Shown here piece after piece: positions 49,475 to 58,540 of a stretch of 64,000 bases of DNA. The translations under genes and the position numbers were made by a program. The stretch is from Oculina patagonica (Eukaryota): positions 28,768,001 to 28,832,000 of the forward strand of contig NC_135758.1 of the NCBI RefSeq assembly GCF_052425735.1, given 5' to 3'. Positions within the stretch are counted from its first letter, which is position 1. Each line of letters starts with the position of its first letter. The notes beneath the pieces are model-generated. The model saw nothing but the letters and a program-made list of their open reading frames with translations, was not told the origin of the DNA and did not search any database.

Positions 49475-52400
49475 ATGGTGTCTTTAATGCAATATAGAGC
49501 AGCAGTGGGGTTACATGACGTTCATTTGAAGGCCAAAGAATACTCGGATCGTATGAAAGGGAAATTCTGGTCTATGCTGTTGTTTATGTTTTACCTGGAA
49601 GCGATATATCTGCCAACATTAAAAAGAGTAATCCGTTCATGGCAAATGGCTTATTACGCTAGGCTTTGGTTTACACAAATTTGTCTTTATCGTTTCTATA
49701 TTCCCTTGTTGATTCGACTTGCCAATGATGTTGAGATGAATCCTGGCCCTTTTTACGTTGTGAATTCGTCAAAAACTGTCACGGCTGACTATAATCAAGG
49801 TGATGTTGCACTGTTTGGAAGAAATGCTGGCAACCAATGCGTAGCGATGTGCCTAACTGCAGTTGTTTACAATTGTAAAAATAATGCATCGTGGTCAAGA
49901 GATCAGCTAAATGAAGTTTTGATTCAAGGCAATGTGCTTTATTCTCATATTAGCAAGTCAGTAGGGAAAGACAGATTGTTGCTATCTGAGATTCCATCTG
50001 CATTGTCCATAAATGACGAAAACTTTTCCATTAATTTTAGCAGCAGTTTTGCTGGCGATTTACACATGTCTGATGTAAGAGACTGTTTTTTCCCATTGCA
50101 ACATGTACTAAATATGTTAATAAAAGACTATGATGCCTTTCTGTTGACTGTTGAAATCAATACGGTTGCTATTATTATTGACAACAAAGGTAATTATAGA
50201 ATTTTTGATTCTCATTCACGAGATATCCATGGTAACATTGCTGCAAATGGAACAGCAGTACTGTTGGAATTTACTAGTGTACAGGAAATGGTGCAGTATC
50301 TGCAAAACTTCTACAGAGAAAAGAATGTAGTGCCATTTGAAGTGTTGGGTATGAAAGTTGAAAATTTATCAGTTAATCAAAACTGCAGGTACACAAGTTC
50401 TAGTGCTCTAAGTGTACCATTTTCTACAACAGATAACACTGTAGGGTGCCAGGGATCATGCAGTCAAAGTCAATGTCACAATTTTGAATCAGACATAAGA
50501 AAAGAAAATGTAGTTAACAATAGCAGAAAGAGAAAACAAGCACAATCAGAAGAACACAAAGAAAGCTTGCTGATGTTTAGAGAAAAGAAAACTGCAAGGA
50601 AAGAAGCTGAAACATGTGGTGAAAGGAACAATATGTCACAAATGTATAGAGAACAGTATGATAGAAAAAAAGCAATTGAAACCAAAGAGCAGAGAGAAAA
50701 TAGGTTAAGAAAGCCCAAGGAACAAAGAATTAAAAAAAAGAAAATTGAGAGCAAAGAACAAAGAGAGGATAAATTAAAGAAGCATCGAGAACTAATGAGA
50801 AAAAGACGAGAAACTGAAACCGAACAGCAGAGAGAAAATAGGTTGAAAGAGAGAAGAGAACGATATAGGAAAAGCAAGGAAACTGAAACCAAACAGCAGA
50901 GAGAAAATAGGTTGCAAGAGAGAAGAGAACGATATAGGAAAAGCAAGGAAACTGAAACCAAAGAGCAACGAGGAAAAAGATTAAAGACAAAAAGGGAATT
51001 AAAACAAAGAGTAAAGGAAACTGAAACTAAACAACAAAAAGAGGAGAGGTCGATTAAAAGAAGAGAAGCTTACAAGGCCAAAAAGGGTTGTGATAATGAC
51101 AAAACACAAAAATCTTGTGATGAATTGGTTGTTATTTTTCGTGAACTGGTTGCTTCAGGGCCAACGTTTGTTTGCACATGTTGTGAGCAGTTATGGTACA
51201 AACATAGTCTTGTCAGAACTGATACTGTACTAAAACTTAATAACGAAGCTGTATTAAGATGCATAAGAAAAGATGAACAGTGTTGTACAGCTCAATGGGT
51301 TTGTCATACATGTTATAATCACCTGAAGCAGAATAAAGTGCCTCCATGTGCAGTCCAGAATAAAATGAGTTTTCCACATAAACCTGACCATTTAGACTTA
51401 ACAGAACTAGAGTGGAGGCTTGTATCACCACGATTGATCTTTCAAAAGATACACGAAGCAGCTAGGGGAAAGCAATATAAAATTCATGGCAACATAGTGA
51501 ATGTTCCTGCTGATGTTGTTAATACTGTGAATATCTTACCAAGACTATCAACTGAAACAGACACTATCAAAGTGCAGCTTAAGAGAAAATTAAAATACAA
51601 GAACTATGTCCTGTCTCAAAACATAAGACCATCCAAAGTTTTTGAAGCAGCTAAGTGGTTGACTGAAAATGGTGCACTTTACAAGAAAGAAAGTATCAAA
51701 CTGGACCCAGATTGGAATGGTTTGTTTGCAGGGTCTAATGAAAATGACATGTCAAATGATAGTGCTTGCAGCAGTTCAAGCAACCTTACAGAAAACAATA
51801 CACCTATAGCTTCAATTAAGTCACTGAATACCACTGTGCAATCTTTTTCAGAACACAGTCGATTGCTTTCATTTCAATTTGGTAAAGTTTTTATTTGCCT
51901 TGACTGTGAACAAGTTTTAATAGACTCAATGAATTTAGAAAATCATTTTTTGTATGATCATGGAGTAGAAACTGATACTGAGTGTTGTGAGGAGAGTAAC
52001 TATATTCCATTTTTTCATAAAAATGACTGTAATAGTAATGAAGTGGTTTTCTTTTGTTCTTTGTGTAGTGCCTGGGAAAAAGAGCAATCACTTTTTAGTG
52101 AACACATGGCCATTGTACATGATCTACCACCAATGGAAGATAATGCATCCTCTCAATTCAGTGAAGCAACAGCTAATGTAAGTACTTCCGTTGTGGTCAA
52201 ACTGTTCAGATATAAAATGCTTGATCCCAAAAATGTTGTTCTTGTAGAAACATGTTTGAAAGGGTATGGATTAGCAAACACTATTTCTCTTAAAGCGTTA
52301 GTAGGTATACCAGTAACTTTGAATGTATCAAGGTGCTTATCTAGTGCAACAGATGTGCATTTATCTAGTAGAGATCTTTGTAAGGATTCCTGTCCAACTG

Positions 52401-55400
52401 AAATGGAGGTAAATGACCCTTGGAATGAAGTGGATGAATCTGAAATGTGTGCTGGTACTTTGGACACAATGTTAACATCCCCGGACTTTGTAGAAGATTG
52501 TGAACGTGAAAAGGTTTTGAACTTTGCACCAGGTGAAAGCAATCATCCAATTAGTATTTTCAAAGACCAATATTGCGAAGAGCTAGCATATCCTGGTATA
52601 TTCTGTGGTCACGCAAGAGCAGATAATAAGGAAAGAAATGTACCTGTGTATTATAGTGACATTTGCAAATCAGAGTTAAGGCGTTCTGATCGTAGAGTTG
52701 CTCAGTGTATGGAAAATATTTTCTTTAAACTGAAAAAGCTGCAAATGAAAATAATTTTAGGCAAGTGCCAGATTGCATTGCGAAAGCATAAAACAAATGG
52801 AAAGAGACTAACAGCAGGCGAGTTAAAAAAAGAAGGTGCTTTAGACAAATTAGTTCATTTGAATGAAGGGTACCGATTTCTAAGAGCTCTTCGTGGTTCC
52901 CCACCATATTTTGAGAAGTCTAAGAGAGATCTATTTGCCATGATAAGGCAACTTGGATCTGCGACACTTTTTTGTAGCTTTTCTGCAGCTGAAACAAAGT
53001 GGAATCATCTGTTAAGAATGTTAGGTGAATTAATTGATCACCAAGTATACAGAGATGATGAATTAAATGCCTTGTCATGGGAGGAAAAGTCAAGGTTAAT
53101 TCAAAGTGATCCCGTCACATGTGCAAGGCATTTTGATTTCCAAGTTCAGCAACTAATTGTAAAATTTTTGCAAAGTGATTGTGCACCACTGGGGAAAATA
53201 GCAGATTGGTTTTATCGAGTTGAATTTCAACAACGTGGCTCGCCACACATTCATATGCTTTTATGGATTGAAGGTGCACCAAAGTTTGGTGAAGATTCAG
53301 ACGAAAAAGTTTGTGAATTTGTTGATAAAATCATTTCTTGTTCAAAACCTGCAAGTGGCTGTGAACTAGATGAATTAGTTTCTCGTCAAGAACATAAACA
53401 TTCATTTACCTGTAAAAAGAAGTTTCAAAAACAGTGCAGATTTAATTTTCCTCAGCCTCCAATGAAAAGCACTCAAATATTGTATCCTTTAAGTGACATT
53501 GAGAATACAAGTCTTTTGAATCAACACAAGGCTACTTGGAAAGAAATCAATGAAAAACTTAATACTATGAGGGAAGGAGAGAATATTTCATTTGAAAAAC
53601 TTCTTAATGAACTTGCGGTCGCTGAAGAAGAATATATTCTGGCTATTCGATCTTCCCTAAGTAGGGCAACAATTTTTTTGAAACGAAAGCCAAACGAACT
53701 TCGAATCAATAATTATAACAAGCACTGCTTGCTTGCATGGAGAGCAAACATGGATGTCCAATTTATCCTAGATATCTACTCTTGTGCAACATATGTTGTT
53801 TCTTACGTATCAAAGGCACAGAGAGGTATGAGTGAACTTTTGAGAAAAGCATGTGAGGAAGCTCGAGAAGGAAATTTGAGTATTAAACAGCAAGTGCGTG
53901 ACATCGGTAACAAATTCTTAAACAATGTTGAAATAAGTGCACAAGAGGCGGTATATATCGTACTTCAGTTACCAATGCGACGCTCCTCTTGTGAAGTGGT
54001 GTTTATCAATACAGCTTTACCAGATGAAAGAGTGTGTCTTTTGAAATCGATGGATGACATACAGCAGCTAGAAGATGAGTCTGAAGATATTGAATCAGGT
54101 GGCTTGATAAAAAGGTATACTAAAAAGCCATCTTGTCTAGAGAATGTGACATTAGCTGATTGGGCCGCTTGGTATGACAATAGGAATTCAAACCTTAAAA
54201 ATCTACAAAAATCCAAAAATACTGATGTTGATGGTTTGCCATTAGAAATATTTGATGATGATAACAATGAAGATGATGTTGGTAAAGACATTACTGATAC
54301 ATGTAGCAATGAGCTGACATCAAAGAAGGGCAAAAAAGAACCTCAGAAGCGGTCAAAAGCTAGGGTAATAAGAAGTGTATGGTTTAATAGAGAAAGTCAT
54401 CCTGAAAAGCACTATCGTGAGCTGCTAATGTTATTTACTGCTTGGAGAGATGAAAATACTGATTTGCTAGGAGACTGTGAGAATTACATGGAGAGGTGTC
54501 AGATATTGAAAAAACAGATAAATGACCAAATGGCTCAGTATGCACCATGTAGTGAACAACTAGAGCAAGCATTAGATGATGTACAAACTATAGAAAGCAC
54601 TGATGATATGTGGGATTGTGTAGCTCCAAACACACAACATGTAGAACTGAGTCACCTTGCAGAAAATGAATGTCAACATGTATGCAACACAGAAGAAGTA
54701 GGGAACTATGATCTTTCTGGAGATCTGGGAATTCCTGCTAGTACTACTAGTAATTATGAACATAATATCTCATTTGATGAATTGCCAGATGAAGAGTATA
54801 GGGAAGCTGTTCGTTCTCTAAATGTCGAGCAGTTAAATTTTTTCTACCATGTTTTACACCTTGTGAAGACAACCAGTGAACCCTTCTATTTGTTTCTTTC
54901 TGGTGGCGCTGGAGTTGGAAAATCTCACTTGACTAAAGTACTGTTTCAAGCAGTTTACAAATATTTAAACACAAGAGCTGGTGTTGATTTTCATCAAATT
55001 ACAGCTATTCTAGTTGCTCCGACTGGTAAAGCTGCCTATAATATTCAAGGAAGTACAATCCATACAGCATTAGCAGTGCCAGCAAACCAGTCCTTAAAGA
55101 TTTATAAGAAGCTTGATGCCAGTCGTTTGAATTCCTTGAGATGTAAATTTGCTGGTTTGAAGATAATTTTCATTGATGAAGTATCAATGGTAGGAAATTC
55201 CATGTTTAATATTCAAATTAACAAAAGACTCCAAGATATCATAGGTACAGATAATGATTTTGGAGGAGTGAGTATTATAGCAGTTGGAGATTTGTTTCAA
55301 CTTCAACCAGTATTTGATGGCTATGTTTTTGAAGATTTGGAGAATGATTATGCTCCTTTAGCAGCTAATCTGTGGCAGAAACATTTTCAGATGTTTGAAT

Positions 55401-56959
55401 TACATGAAATTATGCGTCAAAGAGAGAGTCGCGAGTTTGCAGAAATTCTTAACCGGCTGCGTGAGGGTATTCACACTGAGAATGACTTGAATATACTGAG
55501 AGCAAGAATCGTTGAAGATCCTGATCAGAACTATCTCAGACATGCTCCCCACCTATTCATTCAAAATGACAGAGTTGATGAGTTTAACAAGTCAGTTTAT
55601 AATTCTGCAGCTGGCAGAAAATTTATTGTCAAGGCAGTTGATAGTGTCATTGGTGCTCAGTCTGAGGAATTAAAGGCACGGCTATTGAAACAGGTTCCAG
55701 ATGATCCACGAAAAACTATGCAATTAGCAGCCTGTCTTGCAATTGCAGAAAATGAAAGGATTGAGGTCTGTCAAAACATCAGATTGGATGATGGTCTTAC
55801 GAATGGTAGTGCAGGTTTAGTGAGATTTATTAGTCTGCTAAATTCTGATTGTCCTGATGGAATTGTTTGGGTTGAATTTGATCATGCTAAAGTTGGAGAG
55901 AAAACTCGGAATGAAAATAGAAGCCTTTACAGTGATAATATCCAGCAGAGTTGGACACCAATAAAACCTGTTTGTGTAACATTTTTTGTAGGAAGAGGTA
56001 AAGCTGCTCAGATCGTTCGAAAACAATTTCCTTTACGGCAATCTGCAGGAAAAACTATTCACCGTTCTCAGGGTGACACTGAAACCAAGGTTGTAGTTGA
56101 TCTTACTTCAAGAAGAGCTATTCCTCACATTCATTATGTTGCATTAAGCAGAGTTACTACCATTGATGGATTGCATATAAAGAATCTCAATGAAAAAAAG
56201 ATAACTGTGAGTAACAAAGTTAAGAATGAAATGCAGAGATTGCGAACAGCAGCTTATCTTCAGCCGTCTATAATATCCCTTGCAGACATTGGTGAGAATT
56301 TTGTCAAGATAGTCTTTCTTAATGCACGTTCTCTTCACAAGCACATATCAGATGTGAAAAATGATTTCAATGTTAAGGCAGCAGATATAAATATCTTTGT
56401 TGAAACTAGATTGTGGGTGTTTGACCAAAATGACGAATTTGAAATTAATGACTTCTCCTTGTTTAGAAACGATGCATTGTTTGATAGGCAGTTGCATACA
56501 CAAAGACCATTCTATGGAACTGCAGTTTATACCAGAGCTCAGTGTTATGATGAATATCCTAAATGTCAAAATATGCATGGAGTTGAAATAACAATTATTA
56601 AAGTTGAATGTCTGCCAGATGTTGTTATTGCTGGCATTTATAGATCACCAAAAGTGCCAATGAGACATTTGCTTCAAGCATTGAGAGAACTTCATTCCAT
56701 TATGTCAACAGAACGTTTTCATATAATACTTGGTGATTTTAACATTGATTTTAATGATGGTGTACAAAACAGCAGTATACATAATCAAATGATTGTAACA
56801 TATGGATATAAACAACTTATTTCAAGCTTTACCACTGATAACAGAACTACAATTGATCACATTTATACAAATCTAAATGAATCAAGAGTCCAAACTGGTG
56901 TTCTCGAGACATACTTTAGTGACCATAAAGCTGTGTGGATAGCAACCAAAAAAGAGTAG
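49475..56959 (+). CDS. Helentron-type Rep/Helicase-endonuclease polyprotein with N-terminal 2A motif and C76-like cysteine protease
   Basis: 2494-aa intact ORF. DVEMNPGP (aa 85-92); NQGD..FG..AGNQC and FDSH protease motifs; 23-aa ETxEQRExRL repeats; CxxC zinc motifs; HUH VEFQQRGSPHIH with Y2 YVVSYVSK; Pif1 motifs GGAGVGKS, IDEVSM, GDLFQL, TIHRSQG, YVALSR; C-terminal APE EN (NARSL, YRSP, GDFN, IDH, SDH). Confidence 0.95.
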   Translation: MVSLMQYRAAVGLHDVHLKAKEYSDRMKGKFWSMLLFMFYLEAIYLPTLKRVIRSWQMAYYARLWFTQICLYRFYIPLLIRLANDVEMNPGPFYVVNSSKTVTADYNQGDVALFGRNAGNQCVAMCLTAVVYNCKNNASWSRDQLNEVLIQGNVLYSHISKSVGKDRLLLSEIPSALSINDENFSINFSSSFAGDLHMSDVRDCFFPLQHVLNMLIKDYDAFLLTVEINTVAIIIDNKGNYRIFDSHSRDIHGNIAANGTAVLLEFTSVQEMVQYLQNFYREKNVVPFEVLGMKVENLSVNQNCRYTSSSALSVPFSTTDNTVGCQGSCSQSQCHNFESDIRKENVVNNSRKRKQAQSEEHKESLLMFREKKTARKEAETCGERNNMSQMYREQYDRKKAIETKEQRENRLRKPKEQRIKKKKIESKEQREDKLKKHRELMRKRRETETEQQRENRLKERRERYRKSKETETKQQRENRLQERRERYRKSKETETKEQRGKRLKTKRELKQRVKETETKQQKEERSIKRREAYKAKKGCDNDKTQKSCDELVVIFRELVASGPTFVCTCCEQLWYKHSLVRTDTVLKLNNEAVLRCIRKDEQCCTAQWVCHTCYNHLKQNKVPPCAVQNKMSFPHKPDHLDLTELEWRLVSPRLIFQKIHEAARGKQYKIHGNIVNVPADVVNTVNILPRLSTETDTIKVQLKRKLKYKNYVLSQNIRPSKVFEAAKWLTENGALYKKESIKLDPDWNGLFAGSNENDMSNDSACSSSSNLTENNTPIASIKSLNTTVQSFSEHSRLLSFQFGKVFICLDCEQVLIDSMNLENHFLYDHGVETDTECCEESNYIPFFHKNDCNSNEVVFFCSLCSAWEKEQSLFSEHMAIVHDLPPMEDNASSQFSEATANVSTSVVVKLFRYKMLDPKNVVLVETCLKGYGLANTISLKALVGIPVTLNVSRCLSSATDVHLSSRDLCKDSCPTEMEVNDPWNEVDESEMCAGTLDTMLTSPDFVEDCEREKVLNFAPGESNHPISIFKDQYCEELAYPGIFCGHARADNKERNVPVYYSDICKSELRRSDRRVAQCMENIFFKLKKLQMKIILGKCQIALRKHKTNGKRLTAGELKKEGALDKLVHLNEGYRFLRALRGSPPYFEKSKRDLFAMIRQLGSATLFCSFSAAETKWNHLLRMLGELIDHQVYRDDELNALSWEEKSRLIQSDPVTCARHFDFQVQQLIVKFLQSDCAPLGKIADWFYRVEFQQRGSPHIHMLLWIEGAPKFGEDSDEKVCEFVDKIISCSKPASGCELDELVSRQEHKHSFTCKKKFQKQCRFNFPQPPMKSTQILYPLSDIENTSLLNQHKATWKEINEKLNTMREGENISFEKLLNELAVAEEEYILAIRSSLSRATIFLKRKPNELRINNYNKHCLLAWRANMDVQFILDIYSCATYVVSYVSKAQRGMSELLRKACEEAREGNLSIKQQVRDIGNKFLNNVEISAQEAVYIVLQLPMRRSSCEVVFINTALPDERVCLLKSMDDIQQLEDESEDIESGGLIKRYTKKPSCLENVTLADWAAWYDNRNSNLKNLQKSKNTDVDGLPLEIFDDDNNEDDVGKDITDTCSNELTSKKGKKEPQKRSKARVIRSVWFNRESHPEKHYRELLMLFTAWRDENTDLLGDCENYMERCQILKKQINDQMAQYAPCSEQLEQALDDVQTIESTDDMWDCVAPNTQHVELSHLAENECQHVCNTEEVGNYDLSGDLGIPASTTSNYEHNISFDELPDEEYREAVRSLNVEQLNFFYHVLHLVKTTSEPFYLFLSGGAGVGKSHLTKVLFQAVYKYLNTRAGVDFHQITAILVAPTGKAAYNIQGSTIHTALAVPANQSLKIYKKLDASRLNSLRCKFAGLKIIFIDEVSMVGNSMFNIQINKRLQDIIGTDNDFGGVSIIAVGDLFQLQPVFDGYVFEDLENDYAPLAANLWQKHFQMFELHEIMRQRESREFAEILNRLREGIHTENDLNILRARIVEDPDQNYLRHAPHLFIQNDRVDEFNKSVYNSAAGRKFIVKAVDSVIGAQSEELKARLLKQVPDDPRKTMQLAACLAIAENERIEVCQNIRLDDGLTNGSAGLVRFISLLNSDCPDGIVWVEFDHAKVGEKTRNENRSLYSDNIQQSWTPIKPVCVTFFVGRGKAAQIVRKQFPLRQSAGKTIHRSQGDTETKVVVDLTSRRAIPHIHYVALSRVTTIDGLHIKNLNEKKITVSNKVKNEMQRLRTAAYLQPSIISLADIGENFVKIVFLNARSLHKHISDVKNDFNVKAADINIFVETRLWVFDQNDEFEINDFSLFRNDALFDRQLHTQRPFYGTAVYTRAQCYDEYPKCQNMHGVEITIIKVECLPDVVIAGIYRSPKVPMRHLLQALRELHSIMSTERFHIILGDFNIDFNDGVQNSSIHNQMIVTYGYKQLISSFTTDNRTTIDHIYTNLNESRVQTGVLETYFSDHKAVWIATKKE

Positions 56960-57127
56960 AAACATGTACATTTTTGTAGGCTATAATGACTAGTAAATGA
57001 TTAACCTTTTATGCCCCATCATCCACATACAAATTCTCCTGACTGATCTCCATACATTTTCGTATAGCAATTGTTTGGAGAATTTGTTAAAAGTTCAAAG
57101 CAATTTCCCTTTGGTGACCATTATATT

Positions 57128-57250
57128 TTTTGAGGGGCTTAAACCAAAGCTGGAACACCATCCAACAGCTGGCCAAAGACAGACAGCAGTGGAGGACCTT
57201 TGTTGCTGCCCTACGTGCCAGTGGGCACAATGGGCAGTGAGTGAGTGTGA
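57128..57250 (+). mobile_element. 5'-truncated RTE-like LINE 3' fragment inside an old MITE
   Basis: Encodes SWNTIQQLAKDRQQWRTFVAALRASGHNGQ-stop (RTE-type RT C-terminus); (TGAG)n tail; TSD gtgaccatt(a/t)tatt at 57114-57127 and 57251-57264. Confidence 0.78.
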
Positions 57251-58226
57251 GTGACCATTTTATTACAGTGTAATTCTCCTAACCTCTTCTCTTAATTTAG
57301 TATTGACATTGTGAGGAGAAATTTGTAATGATCACTATTAGGTCTTAAGGAAGCATAAATTACATGTAAAGTATGTGTTTCAGAAAGAAAGAAAATTTAA
57401 ATGAATTTAGTATCTACTTGTGTTACATTTTAAGGTGTTGTAGTTCATCAGCCTTGGTGTCTAAATAAATTTGTGTAACGGCTCCTTTGAGTCCCTTGTG
57501 ACCATTTGGGTCACACACCCCTCCTTGTGACCCTTTGGGTCACAAACCCACCATATTGCAACTGTACTTATTAGGTAAGTATACGAACAGTACACAATGT
57601 AGTTATTTGTTGTTCTGGTCCATGTAATTACACATGTATGTTAATAATGATCGATGTGACATCTAACAGGGATGTTGCTAAGAAAACACTAAGCCGGCTC
57701 ATCAACAAGCCAGTTGGCTTTTATGGCCTTCGTAGCACTAAAAGTTTATCTAAGTCTTGGTTTTCATGTGAAATTTCAGCTGTATTTACCATAAGTAGTC
57801 TTTTAACCGGTGAAATTGGCTGGCAGCCGGCCGTTAGCGACATCCCTGCATCTACATGTACACGTAGTCGTGATATGTAAGTTACCGGTATAAATACATG
57901 TATGTTACCTCATAATATTGCACGTGCATTGTATTAGTTATTGTTAAAAAATTATTAATATTTTTAATTATTTTTTTTCTTTTATTATGTTTACAGAACA
58001 GAAATGTAAAACAACAAGAAAATGCACAAGATACAGTCTTCAGAGAATCCACTGATTGCCATGTTATGTCCAACACTTTCAATCTACATTATTATCTACA
58101 GATATTGAAACAACACACAGCAACAACCATGTAGCGGTAACATTCAAGTTGAAAAGAAACTGTGTTAAACATCTCCGGATTCACCAATGAAAAGACCCTT
58201 CAATCGGAGGTCTTCACTGGCTCACC

Positions 58227-58540
58227 ACTGTATCAACTTTACTTCCTGGAGTCCACTTGTACTGTATGTGTGTATCACCTCCAAATGATAACATATCTTA
58301 TTGGACTGTATATCTTGCATCACAGATTGTACAGTCAGTGTAGACAACTTTCAGCAGCATTTAAACAAGAGTACATCAAGATACTGTATCAACCTTACTT
58401 GCTGGACTTCACTTGTAGTGTCGTATTACCTCTAAAATGTAGTAACAATGTTTTGGACTTATTGGTCTTATCCTGCATCACAGATTGTATAGTCAGTGAA
58501 GACAAATATCAGCTGCATTTAAACAAGAGTTAATCAAGAT
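58227..58540. repeat. Two ~155-bp tandem copies
   Basis: actgtatcaac...gcatcacagattgta.agtcagtg...gcatttaaacaagagt repeated. Confidence 0.75.

Noticed and set aside
50476-50990. Hydrophobic antisense ORFs
   Set aside because: Reverse complement of the purine-rich STPR-like repeats.
49475-56959. Endogenous herpesvirus or other large DNA virus
   Set aside because: No capsid, polymerase or terminase genes are visible; the C76-like domain is fused to a canonical Helitron Rep-Pif1-EN.
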